Virus record (IMG/VR): IMGVR_UViG_3300017917_000952 | Coordinates: 124,001 to 188,000 of that record | Length of the DNA stretch: 64,000 nt | Reading direction: 5' to 3' (one strand) | In this document: piece by piece, positions 42,377 through 51,582 of the stretch | How the letters are laid out: each line of letters opens with the position of its first letter | Position numbering within the stretch: the stretch's first letter is position 1 | Notes under the pieces: model-generated | The model's input: only the letters and a program-made list of their open reading frames with translations | What the model was told of the DNA's origin: nothing | Database searches by the model: none | Translations under genes and position numbers: made by a program

Positions 42377-42475
42377 TACCCCGCCCTTTTTCTGCCCTTT
42401 TACCCTTGTATTTAACCGGTACTTTTTACCACTTGTTGCTAAATATATCAAAGTGAATCCTTTAAGGAGTTTAAT

Positions 42476-45451
42476 ATGGCAACATTACAATCACCAGGCG
42501 TAAGCGTATCAGTTATAGATGAGAGTTTCTATACACCCGCAGGCGCCGGTACAGTTCCGATGATCTTCGTAGCAACTGGTCAAGATAAACCAAATGCATC
42601 CGGAACTGGCATAGCGCAGGGAACAACAGCAGCGAACGCTGGTAAAGTTTGGGTAATTACAAGTCAACGTGACTTGTCCGATACATTCGGTGTACCTTAC
42701 TTTGAAACAGATTCAAGTGGCAACCCTGTACACGGCGGAGAACTAAACGAATACGGTCTACAAGCCGCATACAGCGCACTTGGAGTTAGTTCCAAGGCTT
42801 ACATCGTTAGAGCAGACATTAACACTTCTGAACTAGCACCTAACCCTTCTATTCCTGGCGGTACTCCTGTTAACGGAACATACTGGGTAGTTACTTCAAA
42901 CACAGATTTCGGTATCAACGAGTGGAACGCAAGCACTAAGCGTTTCGTTACTAAGACTCCTTTAATCATTGATAACACAAACGTTGAGCTAGATTTTGAT
43001 CACCAGGCTGTTAGCCCAGCAGGTACAATAGGTCTACCAAGAACAGCGTTTGGAACTGTTGGCGACTACGCAGTTTTAGTAACCAGCGACAACGGTACCC
43101 AACACCCAGAAGGTGTATACTTCAAGTCTCCTACAAATGGATGGGTAGATGTGTTAGACGGATTTGACGGAGGTAAGGTTGTTAGACTAAGCGAACACTT
43201 TAATTATCCTAACTACACAAACGCAGGTCCTGGCGCACTAAATGCACCTACAGGCAGCGTTTGGATCAAGACTACTGCACCGGGCATGGGCGCAAACTGG
43301 GACATTAGAAAGTACAATGCAAGCACAGACAACTGGGATCGTGTAAGTGCTCCTCTATATCCAAGCACACAGGCTGCACTAGCAGACCTAGACGGTGTAG
43401 GTGGTGGATCAAACATTCCATTAGGATCTGTATTTGTACAGTACGATCCACAAGAAACAAACATGGCAGATTTCAGAAAGTGGATTCGTTATAAGTCCGG
43501 TCCTACTTCTGTATCAGTCGAAAGCGACTTCGTAGCCTCAGGAAACTGGGCATTTGACCTTGTAGAAACTGACGAATTTGGTAACAAGAGTTCCACTGCC
43601 ACATTCTCTGGTGTTGCATCTCCTGTTGTTTTAGTACAGAAAATTGCTGAAGCAATTAACAGTAACCTAAACCTAAAGTACACTAAGGCAAGCCATAACA
43701 CTGTTACAAACAAACTAACTATTACACATAGTTTAGGTGGCGACATTCTATTTGCAAATACCGTTGGTCAGCCTTTAGTTGATATCGGATTTGTAGGTGG
43801 CAACGTTCCTGAAATCGAAGGCAACATTGCAAACCTATATACCTACAGCGGCGCATATTGGGACGTCCTTGCTTCTAACTGGAAACCTCTAGTCTACGAA
43901 GCACAGGAAACTGCACCAACTACAGCACCAGATGATGGCCAACTATGGTTCGACAGTGACCTATCCGCAGACATCATGTACAATGATGGGCTACAGTGGG
44001 TTGGTTACCTAAACGCATTCCCAGGATCCGATCCAAAAGGTCCTACAATCAGCGCAACCAAGCCAACTACACAACAAGACGGTGTTACACCTTTAGTTGA
44101 CGGTGATATTTGGATTGACACTAGCGATCCAGACAAGTACGGTAGAAACATTTATGTTTACAATAGCGGTGCTTGGGAAATGGCTGACGTAACCGATCAA
44201 TCTAGCCCAGACGGTTGGGTATTTGAAGACGCACGTTGGTCCGTCAACGGTGAAACTGACCTAAGAGCAGATATCGAGGACCTATTACTAAGTGACTATG
44301 TTGATCCTGATTGTCCAGATCCACGCCTATATCCACGTGGCACACGACTATTCAACACACGCCGTAGCGGTAACAACGTCAAGCGTTATTTTGCAAACTA
44401 CATCGATCCAGATGTAGAAAATACACGTTATAATGACGAAGGTATGGCCGGTTACTTCCTAGGTCGCTGGGTAAGTGCAAGTCCAAATGCACCAGACGGT
44501 GCAGGCCAGTTTGGTCGTCTTGCACAGCGTAGTGTAGTTGTTAAGGCTCTAAAAGAAGAAATTGCAAGCAATACTACAATTAGAGATACTGATACACTAG
44601 TATTCAACTTGATTACTACCCCAGGTTACCCTGAAGTAATTCAGAACATGGTTGCATTTAACATTGACCGAGGCTTAACAGCGTTTGTCATTGGTGATAC
44701 ACCATTCCGTCTACCAGCAACTGGAACAGCATTAACAAACTACGGTATGAACACCGCAGGTGTTGTTGACAACAACGACGAAGGTGCTGTTACATACGAT
44801 ACTAGCCTAGCAATGTACTACCCAAGCGGTTATACAAATGACAACCTAGGCAATGCTATTGTTGTTCCGCCAAGTCACGTTATGCTACGTACATATCTAA
44901 ACAGCGACAACAAGAGCTATCTATGGTTTGCACCAGCAGGTACACGTCGAGGTGTTGCTGACAACGTAAGTAGTGTAGGTTACATTACTGGCGAGGGCGA
45001 ATTCCAGACTGCAAGTCTACACCAAGGACTACGCGATGTTTGTGCAGGTGTTAAGATTAACCCAATCGCAACAATTCCAGGTGTTGGCATTGTTACCATG
45101 GGTCAGTACACTCGTGCAAGCGTAGCCAGCGCATTAGATCGAGTTAACGTAAGTCGTTTAATTGCTCACCTACGTAGACAACTTTCTATCCTTGCTAAAC
45201 CATACTTGTTTGAACCAAACGATTCTCAAACAAGACAAGAAATCAAGGCAGCATGTGATGCTCTAATGACAGAATTAGTAAGTCAACGTGCTCTATACGA
45301 CTTCTTGGTTGTCTGTGACGGAACAAACAACACACCGGCAAGAATTGATCGTAGCGAACTATGGGTTGATATCGCTATCGAACCAGTGAAGGCTGTAGAG
45401 TTTATCTACATTCCTTTACGTATATTGAACACCGGTGAAATATCCGCATAA
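42476..45451 (+). CDS. gp18: Tail sheath protein (991 aa, with large insertion)
   Basis: LQSPGVSVSVIDES start; C-terminal WFAPAGTRRG, RVNVSRL, LFEPND, FLVVCDGTNNTPARID, IEPVKAVEFIYI. Confidence 0.95.
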   Translation: MATLQSPGVSVSVIDESFYTPAGAGTVPMIFVATGQDKPNASGTGIAQGTTAANAGKVWVITSQRDLSDTFGVPYFETDSSGNPVHGGELNEYGLQAAYSALGVSSKAYIVRADINTSELAPNPSIPGGTPVNGTYWVVTSNTDFGINEWNASTKRFVTKTPLIIDNTNVELDFDHQAVSPAGTIGLPRTAFGTVGDYAVLVTSDNGTQHPEGVYFKSPTNGWVDVLDGFDGGKVVRLSEHFNYPNYTNAGPGALNAPTGSVWIKTTAPGMGANWDIRKYNASTDNWDRVSAPLYPSTQAALADLDGVGGGSNIPLGSVFVQYDPQETNMADFRKWIRYKSGPTSVSVESDFVASGNWAFDLVETDEFGNKSSTATFSGVASPVVLVQKIAEAINSNLNLKYTKASHNTVTNKLTITHSLGGDILFANTVGQPLVDIGFVGGNVPEIEGNIANLYTYSGAYWDVLASNWKPLVYEAQETAPTTAPDDGQLWFDSDLSADIMYNDGLQWVGYLNAFPGSDPKGPTISATKPTTQQDGVTPLVDGDIWIDTSDPDKYGRNIYVYNSGAWEMADVTDQSSPDGWVFEDARWSVNGETDLRADIEDLLLSDYVDPDCPDPRLYPRGTRLFNTRRSGNNVKRYFANYIDPDVENTRYNDEGMAGYFLGRWVSASPNAPDGAGQFGRLAQRSVVVKALKEEIASNTTIRDTDTLVFNLITTPGYPEVIQNMVAFNIDRGLTAFVIGDTPFRLPATGTALTNYGMNTAGVVDNNDEGAVTYDTSLAMYYPSGYTNDNLGNAIVVPPSHVMLRTYLNSDNKSYLWFAPAGTRRGVADNVSSVGYITGEGEFQTASLHQGLRDVCAGVKINPIATIPGVGIVTMGQYTRASVASALDRVNVSRLIAHLRRQLSILAKPYLFEPNDSQTRQEIKAACDALMTELVSQRALYDFLVVCDGTNNTPARIDRSELWVDIAIEPVKAVEFIYIPLRILNTGEISA

Positions 45452-45465
45452 TTAAGGAGCATTAA

Positions 45466-46104
45466 ATGCCAATCGCAAGTTTATCAAGATTCTCTGTGCC
45501 GTTAGCCACAGATCAAAGCGCAAGTAACCAAGGCTTACTAATGCCTAAGTTACCGTACCGCTTCCGTGTAACACTAGTTGATTTCGGCGTAGGCGGGGCT
45601 CCTGCCACCGAATTGACTAAACAGGTTGTAACAGTAGATCGACCAAAACCAAGTTTTGAAGAAATCTCTTTACACGTTTATAACAGCGTCGTAAAACTAG
45701 CAGGTAAGCCTAAGTGGGAAGACATCAAGTTGAAACTACGTGATGATATGACCAACCTTGTTACTAACAAGGTAGGCGAACAGATGCAGAAGCAGTTCGA
45801 CTTCTTCGAACAGAGTTCTGCTGCATCTGGTCTAGACTATAAGTTTACAACTTATATCGAACTACTAGACGGCGGTAACGGCGGCTATGCTCCAGTTCCT
45901 TTAGAAACATTCGAACTACAAGGTTGCTGGATCAAGGCTGTAAGTTATGACGGCGGTGACTATGCCAAGAGCAACGAAGCACTAGGTATCGAACTAACAC
46001 TATGTTACGATAACGCTCTACAGACAGTGGGAATTAACGGTGGCCTAATCGGTATCGGTAGCCCAGTTGGTAGAACAGTTGGTACAACCGCAATCGGTAG
46101 TTAA
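45466..46104 (+). CDS. gp19: Tail tube protein
   Basis: Follows sheath; YRFRV...VDRPKPSFEEI...WEDIKLKLRDD...GCWIKAVSY...LTLCYD tube fold pattern. Confidence 0.9.
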   Translation: MPIASLSRFSVPLATDQSASNQGLLMPKLPYRFRVTLVDFGVGGAPATELTKQVVTVDRPKPSFEEISLHVYNSVVKLAGKPKWEDIKLKLRDDMTNLVTNKVGEQMQKQFDFFEQSSAASGLDYKFTTYIELLDGGNGGYAPVPLETFELQGCWIKAVSYDGGDYAKSNEALGIELTLCYDNALQTVGINGGLIGIGSPVGRTVGTTAIGS

Positions 46105-46122
46105 TCCAACACTAACACAAAG

Positions 46123-46150
46123 AAAGCCCGGCAAACACCGGGCTTTTTTA
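46123..46150 (+). terminator. Intrinsic terminator after tail tube gene
   Basis: AAAGCCCGG-CAAACA-CCGGGCTTT + T-run; GATAAATA promoter at 46154-61. Confidence 0.9.
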
Positions 46151-46166
46151 TTGGATAAATAATTTC

Positions 46167-47198
46167 ATGTCAGACGCATTTAATAATTTCTTGAGTGGTG
46201 GCCCTACTACCTCAACTGAAAAACGAACATATAAAAGTTACGCTCATGCGACTAACTTTTATGCTCAAGGTAGAGCCCTCACGAAAGTACCTAAATTAGG
46301 GTTTATATATTTTATATCCTTTAATTTAGCACAAGAAGTAGGAGTAAAATTTGCAGATCACGTTAGAAAAGATTTGGGGTTCCTTGCTAAGAAAGTTGAT
46401 CTTCCTAAGTTTAAGATTACTACACAAACCGTTAATCAGTACAACAGAAAAACCAACGTCCAGACAAAACTAGCATATGACCCGATTAGTATCGACTTTC
46501 ATGATGATACTAGCGAGATAACTTCAGCATTATGGAGAGCCTACTACGACTTTTATTATGCTGACGGTCGACAACCCGACGGACAATTTAGTACAGCATT
46601 TTCGGGCGATACTAAACTTGATTCTACAAACAATTCGTATGGTTACAGCAAAGGTAGTGGCCCAACTTCTTTCTTTAGTTCTATAGATATTTTTGTATTA
46701 AATCAAGGCAGATTTAGTCAATACAGTATTTCTAATCCGTTAATTACTTCTTGGGACCACGATACATTAGAGCAGTCTAACGGTACAAAAGTTCTTCAAA
46801 ACAAGATGTCTTTAACCTACGACAGTGTTGTGTATTCACAGGGATTCATTAGGGGTAGCGAGAATCAAGCAGTTACTGGATCGTTCGAAGCCGTCTGGTA
46901 CGATAAGGATGCTAACCTACCTTTCGGTTATAACGATCCTCTAAAACAGGTAATCAAACCATTTGTACCACAATACCCTACACCGTCCCCGCCGGGTCTG
47001 TCACAGAGCCAACTTGACAAACTATCAACTCAGGTCCCAACATATAGACCACCGAGACCAATTGGCGCAGGAACATTTGGCCTTTCGTCTATTAGACCAC
47101 CTAAGCCATTTAGCATTGATGTATGGTACGGTTATGGCGGATTACACGGCCGAGCAACTGTAAATGCGGGGCCTGTAAGACTTGTATTAAAGAAATAA
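46167..47198 (+). CDS. Tube-fold baseplate/tail-tube initiator protein (gp48/gp54-like)
   Basis: KKVDLPKF...NQYNRK...YDPISIDFHDD and NPLITSWDHD...LTYD, tube-like motif pattern. Confidence 0.65.
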   Translation: MSDAFNNFLSGGPTTSTEKRTYKSYAHATNFYAQGRALTKVPKLGFIYFISFNLAQEVGVKFADHVRKDLGFLAKKVDLPKFKITTQTVNQYNRKTNVQTKLAYDPISIDFHDDTSEITSALWRAYYDFYYADGRQPDGQFSTAFSGDTKLDSTNNSYGYSKGSGPTSFFSSIDIFVLNQGRFSQYSISNPLITSWDHDTLEQSNGTKVLQNKMSLTYDSVVYSQGFIRGSENQAVTGSFEAVWYDKDANLPFGYNDPLKQVIKPFVPQYPTPSPPGLSQSQLDKLSTQVPTYRPPRPIGAGTFGLSSIRPPKPFSIDVWYGYGGLHGRATVNAGPVRLVLKK

Positions 47199-47199
47199 A

Positions 47200-47556
47200 A
47201 TGTACAATAACATTCCATCACCTTCGAAGTCTCCAGCGGCTGTTGCCTATTCGAATTCTTATGAAAGGCCTACTGAGCTTGAAACAAATACCTTTAACAT
47301 AATGAAGGGATTTTTTGAAGCAAGGGGCTTTGACAAACTATCAGCCGAAAGCATTGCTGTAACATTCATTAAACAGGCACAAATGGATAGTTACAATCCT
47401 TTAGAAATTATAGATACATTAAAAACATTTGATGCTCCTAAACTAAATTCTGTTGTAACAGAAGTATTAAATTACAACAGATTCAAAAGCAGTTATTTAG
47501 GAAGCACAAAAGGTCTTCAACCCTTCGAACCAGTATCAAGAAATATAGTGGTATGA
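47200..47556 (+). CDS. Hypothetical protein (118 aa)
   Basis: Co-oriented ORF with ATGA-type coupling to next gene. Confidence 0.6.
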   Translation: MYNNIPSPSKSPAAVAYSNSYERPTELETNTFNIMKGFFEARGFDKLSAESIAVTFIKQAQMDSYNPLEIIDTLKTFDAPKLNSVVTEVLNYNRFKSSYLGSTKGLQPFEPVSRNIVV

Positions 47557-47996
47557 GTTTAAAATACGCTAAGGGCGTGTATCAATTGCGCCACCCCGAA
47601 AAATATATAGGAACAAAACAGCCTATCTATCGCAGCGGATGGGAACACACATTTATGATGTTCTGCGATAACAATCCCGGTATACAGGAATGGGCTAGTG
47701 AGCCGGTCAAAATACCTTACAGAGATCCGCTAACAGGACGACAGACAGTATATGTTCCTGATTTCTTAATTAAGTACATTGATCGCAATCAAAAAGCACA
47801 TGTTGAAATGGTTGAAATTAAACCGGCAAAACAACAGATCCTAGAAAAAGTTGGTAAAAATCCCTATGATCAAGCACAGTACGTAAAGAACATGGCCAAA
47901 TGGGAAAGTGCAACGGCTTGGTGTAGAAGCAGAGGTATTCGCTTTCGTGTAATTAATGAGTCTGATATTTTCCAGAATCAAGGTAAAAAGCGATAA
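47553..47996 (+). CDS. gp4: Head completion nuclease (T4 gp4-like, PD-(D/E)xK/TnsA-like)
   Basis: YRSGWE...WASEPVKIPY...YVPDFLI...EIKP. Confidence 0.85.
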   Translation: MSLKYAKGVYQLRHPEKYIGTKQPIYRSGWEHTFMMFCDNNPGIQEWASEPVKIPYRDPLTGRQTVYVPDFLIKYIDRNQKAHVEMVEIKPAKQQILEKVGKNPYDQAQYVKNMAKWESATAWCRSRGIRFRVINESDIFQNQGKKR

Positions 47997-48004
47997 GTAA
48001 AGTT

Positions 48005-48481
48005 ATGACTAAAAAGTTAGAAGAAGTTTTTAACCTGCCACAAGAACCCGTAATCGAGCCTTCTGTTGAAGATACTACTGCACCTATTCCTGTAATAGAC
48101 CTTCAAGAAAAACTAGAAGAATTTGATAAGATTGCAGCAGCACTACCTAAGGTAAAGGGGTTAGGGGATCTAGCCGATGCAGAGTTAGATGCACTAGCAG
48201 CGAAAGCAGAAGAAGCCTATGACAACTTAATGGATTTAGGCATGAACGTAGATGCACGATATGGTGCAAGAATGTTCGAAGTTGCAGCACAGATGATGAA
48301 TGCCGCAATTGTTGCTAAAACTAATAAGATTGATAAAAAGTTAAAAATGGTCGATCTGCAATTAAAGAAACTAGCCATTGATAAGAAAAACGGCGGATCT
48401 AACGAAACTGTTGAGGGTGAAGGTTATATCCTAACAGATAGGAATAGCATCCTAGAAAAACTAAAGAATTTGAATAAATAA
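48005..48481 (+). CDS. Probable terminase small subunit (gp16-like)
   Basis: Helical hairpin with RMFEVAAQMM and tail TDRNSILEKL, resembling T4-like small terminases; near gp17. Confidence 0.55.
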   Translation: MTKKLEEVFNLPQEPVIEPSVEDTTAPIPVIDLQEKLEEFDKIAAALPKVKGLGDLADAELDALAAKAEEAYDNLMDLGMNVDARYGARMFEVAAQMMNAAIVAKTNKIDKKLKMVDLQLKKLAIDKKNGGSNETVEGEGYILTDRNSILEKLKNLNK

Positions 48482-48487
48482 TACACT

Positions 48488-49081
48488 ATGAAAAACTTCA
48501 AAGAATACCTTCAAGAAAGTGCTCAGCAGAAAAAATACGAATTTCGTGTTAAGGTTGCTGGTGACTTTACTACCGAGCAAGAGACAAAGTTAAAGTCTAT
48601 GCTTGAGCGTTTTCAAGTTAACGCATTTAAAAAAGTAGGAGTTACTCCTATTCAAGCACTTCCATTAGACTTTCCGCAAGTTAAAAATTGTGAAGTTAAC
48701 ATCTACGAAGTTACATTAGATTATCCTACTACACAGCAGGAACTAACAGAATACTTAACATCTGGTCTAGAAGTCAGCAAGCAACGTTTAGTTGTTCGTC
48801 GACCAGGTGAACCGAGTGAAGAATACCAACACGAAGAACCAAAGCGTGAAGGTGCTCTATTAAACGATCCGGATTATAAAGAAGCAGGTAACCCTCAATT
48901 TGAAGATTACTTTGGCGACAAATATAACAGCGGCTTTGTGAAAGAACTTAACGATCTATTAAAACTAGAGCGTAAGGCACGTGGCGAAGAAATTCCTACA
49001 GAAAGTGCTGCTAAGTTCAATACAGATAGTCCGGCTAACACAACTAGCCCAATGCAGGCTGCTAAGGATCCAAGGAAATAA
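48488..49081 (+). CDS. Hypothetical protein, probable internal head protein (197 aa)
   Basis: N-terminus MKNFKEYLQES resembles T4 capsid targeting sequence. Confidence 0.55.
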   Translation: MKNFKEYLQESAQQKKYEFRVKVAGDFTTEQETKLKSMLERFQVNAFKKVGVTPIQALPLDFPQVKNCEVNIYEVTLDYPTTQQELTEYLTSGLEVSKQRLVVRRPGEPSEEYQHEEPKREGALLNDPDYKEAGNPQFEDYFGDKYNSGFVKELNDLLKLERKARGEEIPTESAAKFNTDSPANTTSPMQAAKDPRK

Positions 49082-49083
49082 TT

Positions 49084-49935
49084 ATGCAAATGATCGACGT
49101 ATTAAAGCGTTTAGCCCAACTAGATGCTAAGAACCCAAATGTAATTAAAGAAGGCGCACAGGTACAAGAGTGCGGTCCAATGGGAATGATGGACAGTATG
49201 CCTGGTATGGGAATGGACAAGCCTTCTGTTCCTGCAAACTTCAGTATTAATGCTTCTGCTGCATCAGGCAATGAAGTTGCAGACATGATGTCGCAGATTC
49301 TTACCCTAGCAGGTATGAAGTCCGTTAGCGCAGACGACCTAGGCAATGAACCTCAAGGCGCATTAGTAACAGCAGAACCTACAATGGCTGTTGGTCCTAT
49401 GGCTGCTGAGCCAATGCCAAGTGCTGCCGATAGTATGCGTAGTGTTCTAGATAAACTAAATCCAGAAGCCGGTGATGATGAAAAAGAATTAGGTCCTTTC
49501 CAGGGCGACAGCGGCGACGATGTTTCAAAAGATCACGGCGACGTAGATAATGACGGCGACCATGACATGGACGACCACGAAGCAGAAAAGAAAGAGAAGG
49601 TAGACGAGTTCGATAACGAACCTGCTGACCCTAACGAAAAAACTTCTGCTGATGCAAATAGATTTGCACACCAAGAAAATCAACCAGGTAGCGGCAATAC
49701 CAGTGATGGTGAAAAACGTCAAAACAATTTACCAACAGCAACGTTTGAAAACTTAATGAACGAATACAAAAAGTTTATTGGCGAATCTGAAGGTGACGAG
49801 GAAGTTGAAGAAGCAAAGAAAGAGGAAGAACTAGATGAAGGTACTTGCTCTACATGCCACAAAGATCCTTGTGCTTGCGACGACAAAGTTGACGAAGGAA
49901 CATTAGATATCCTTAAGTTAGCAGGTCTAAAGTAA
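49084..49935 (+). CDS. Acidic hypothetical protein, probable prohead core component (283 aa)
   Basis: Low-complexity acidic; ends LDILKLAGLK like gp22. Confidence 0.6.
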   Translation: MQMIDVLKRLAQLDAKNPNVIKEGAQVQECGPMGMMDSMPGMGMDKPSVPANFSINASAASGNEVADMMSQILTLAGMKSVSADDLGNEPQGALVTAEPTMAVGPMAAEPMPSAADSMRSVLDKLNPEAGDDEKELGPFQGDSGDDVSKDHGDVDNDGDHDMDDHEAEKKEKVDEFDNEPADPNEKTSADANRFAHQENQPGSGNTSDGEKRQNNLPTATFENLMNEYKKFIGESEGDEEVEEAKKEEELDEGTCSTCHKDPCACDDKVDEGTLDILKLAGLK

Positions 49936-49949
49936 GTTACTTTAACCAT

Positions 49950-49976
49950 AATAGCCCCTTCGGGGGCTATTCTTTT
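49950..49976 (+). terminator. Intrinsic terminator with cUUCGg loop
   Basis: AATAGCCCC-TTCG-GGGGCTATT-CTTTT; AGTAAATA promoter at 49978-85. Confidence 0.9.
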
Positions 49977-49990
49977 CAGTAAATACGGAT

Positions 49991-51568
49991 ATGGCAGCAG
50001 ATAATAAACTAGTAAAGACCGCGCACCAAACGCAGAGATTTACAGAAGAAGATATCGAAAACCTGATGAAGTGTCAGGATCTTCAAACAGGTGCGACCTA
50101 CTTCCTTGAAAACTTTTTCTATATTCAGCACCCTACTAAGGGTAAGATGAAGTATCAGGCTTTTGAATATCAAAAGGAACTATTAAACAGTTATAACTCA
50201 CATCGCTTTAGCGTTAACATGCTAGGTCGACAGATGGGTAAAACTACTACTGCGGTGGGGTTTTTGTTATGGTACGGAATGTTTGTACCTAACAGTACTA
50301 TTCTTATTGCCGCGCACAAATATACAGGCGCACAAGAAATTATGCAGCGTTTACGTTATGCATATGAAATGTGTCCTGATATGATTAGGGCCGGGGTCGT
50401 AAGTTATAACAAGCAGAGTATCGAATTTGAAAACGGCAGTCGTATAGTTGCACAAACAACTACAGAAACAACAGGTCGTGGTATGTCTATATCACTACTA
50501 TACCTAGACGAATTTGCATTCGTTGAACCTAATATTGCAACTGAGTTCTGGACTTCTATTTCGCCTACTCTAGCAACTGGTGGTAAAGCCATTATCACTT
50601 CTACACCAAACAGCGACGAAGACCAGTTTGCCTTAATTTGGAAAGAAGCAAACAAGCGTTTAGACGAGTTCGGCAACAGTACAGAATTAGGAAAGAACGG
50701 TTTCTTCCCGTATATGGCTGTGTGGAGCCAGCACCCTGAGCGTGATGAAAAGTGGGCCAATGAAGAACGTAGTCGTGTAGGCGAAGAAAGATTCCGTCGT
50801 GAACACGAATGTGAATTCTTGGTATTTGACGAAACGTTAATTAGTAGTTTAAAACTTGCCGATCTTGAAGGTACTGAGCCTATTATTAAAATGGGTCAAT
50901 GCCGCTGGTATAAAAAGATTAATCCGAAGTATACCTATATTGTTGCACTAGATCCTAGTTTAGGTACAGGCGGCGACCCTGCAGGTATACAGATCATTGA
51001 ATTGCCTAGTTTTACACAAGTAGGAGAATGGCATCATAACCTAACACCGATACAGGGACAGATACGTATCTTAAGAGATATCTGCCAATACATTTCTGAT
51101 GAAGTTACAAAGCGAGGCGCAACACCTAGCCTGTATTATAGCATAGAAAACAACAGTGTGGGCGAAGCAGGTCTAGTAGTTATTAACGAAGTGGGCGAAG
51201 AAACTATACCAGGTTTGTTCCTAAGCGAACCCATACGTAAAGGACATGTACGCCGCTATAGAAAAGGATTTTACTCAACACATACGGCAAAAATATCTGC
51301 ATGTGCTAAGTTAAAACACTTAATCGAAAGCAATCGTATGCAGATTAACTCTAAAGCACTGATTTCCGAACTAAAGGCCTACATTGCTAAAGGGCTAGGG
51401 TTTGAAGCAAAAACAGGGCAGCACGACGACCTTGTAAGTGCTATGCTTCTAGCAATACGTATGGCTATGGTACTACAGGACTGGGATCCTGCTGTTTATG
51501 ACAAAATGCGCGAAGAACGCGAGGACGAATGGGTTATGCCCATGCCAGTGTATGTGAGCTCGTTTTAA
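49991..51568 (+). CDS. gp17: Terminase large subunit
   Basis: Walker A GRQMGKTT, Walker B LYLDEFAF, TSTPN coupling motif, RNase H-like ALDPS and HDDLV. Confidence 0.95.
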   Translation: MAADNKLVKTAHQTQRFTEEDIENLMKCQDLQTGATYFLENFFYIQHPTKGKMKYQAFEYQKELLNSYNSHRFSVNMLGRQMGKTTTAVGFLLWYGMFVPNSTILIAAHKYTGAQEIMQRLRYAYEMCPDMIRAGVVSYNKQSIEFENGSRIVAQTTTETTGRGMSISLLYLDEFAFVEPNIATEFWTSISPTLATGGKAIITSTPNSDEDQFALIWKEANKRLDEFGNSTELGKNGFFPYMAVWSQHPERDEKWANEERSRVGEERFRREHECEFLVFDETLISSLKLADLEGTEPIIKMGQCRWYKKINPKYTYIVALDPSLGTGGDPAGIQIIELPSFTQVGEWHHNLTPIQGQIRILRDICQYISDEVTKRGATPSLYYSIENNSVGEAGLVVINEVGEETIPGLFLSEPIRKGHVRRYRKGFYSTHTAKISACAKLKHLIESNRMQINSKALISELKAYIAKGLGFEAKTGQHDDLVSAMLLAIRMAMVLQDWDPAVYDKMREEREDEWVMPMPVYVSSF

Positions 51569-51582
51569 CTAAATAACATATT

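Noticed and set aside
42377-42451. Longer N-terminus for HNH ORF and GTG start at 56479 for the pre-UvsW ORF
   Set aside because: Both extensions run through promoter sequences (TAAATA pair; TATAAT at 56482-87); internal ATGs at 42376 and 56494 fit better.
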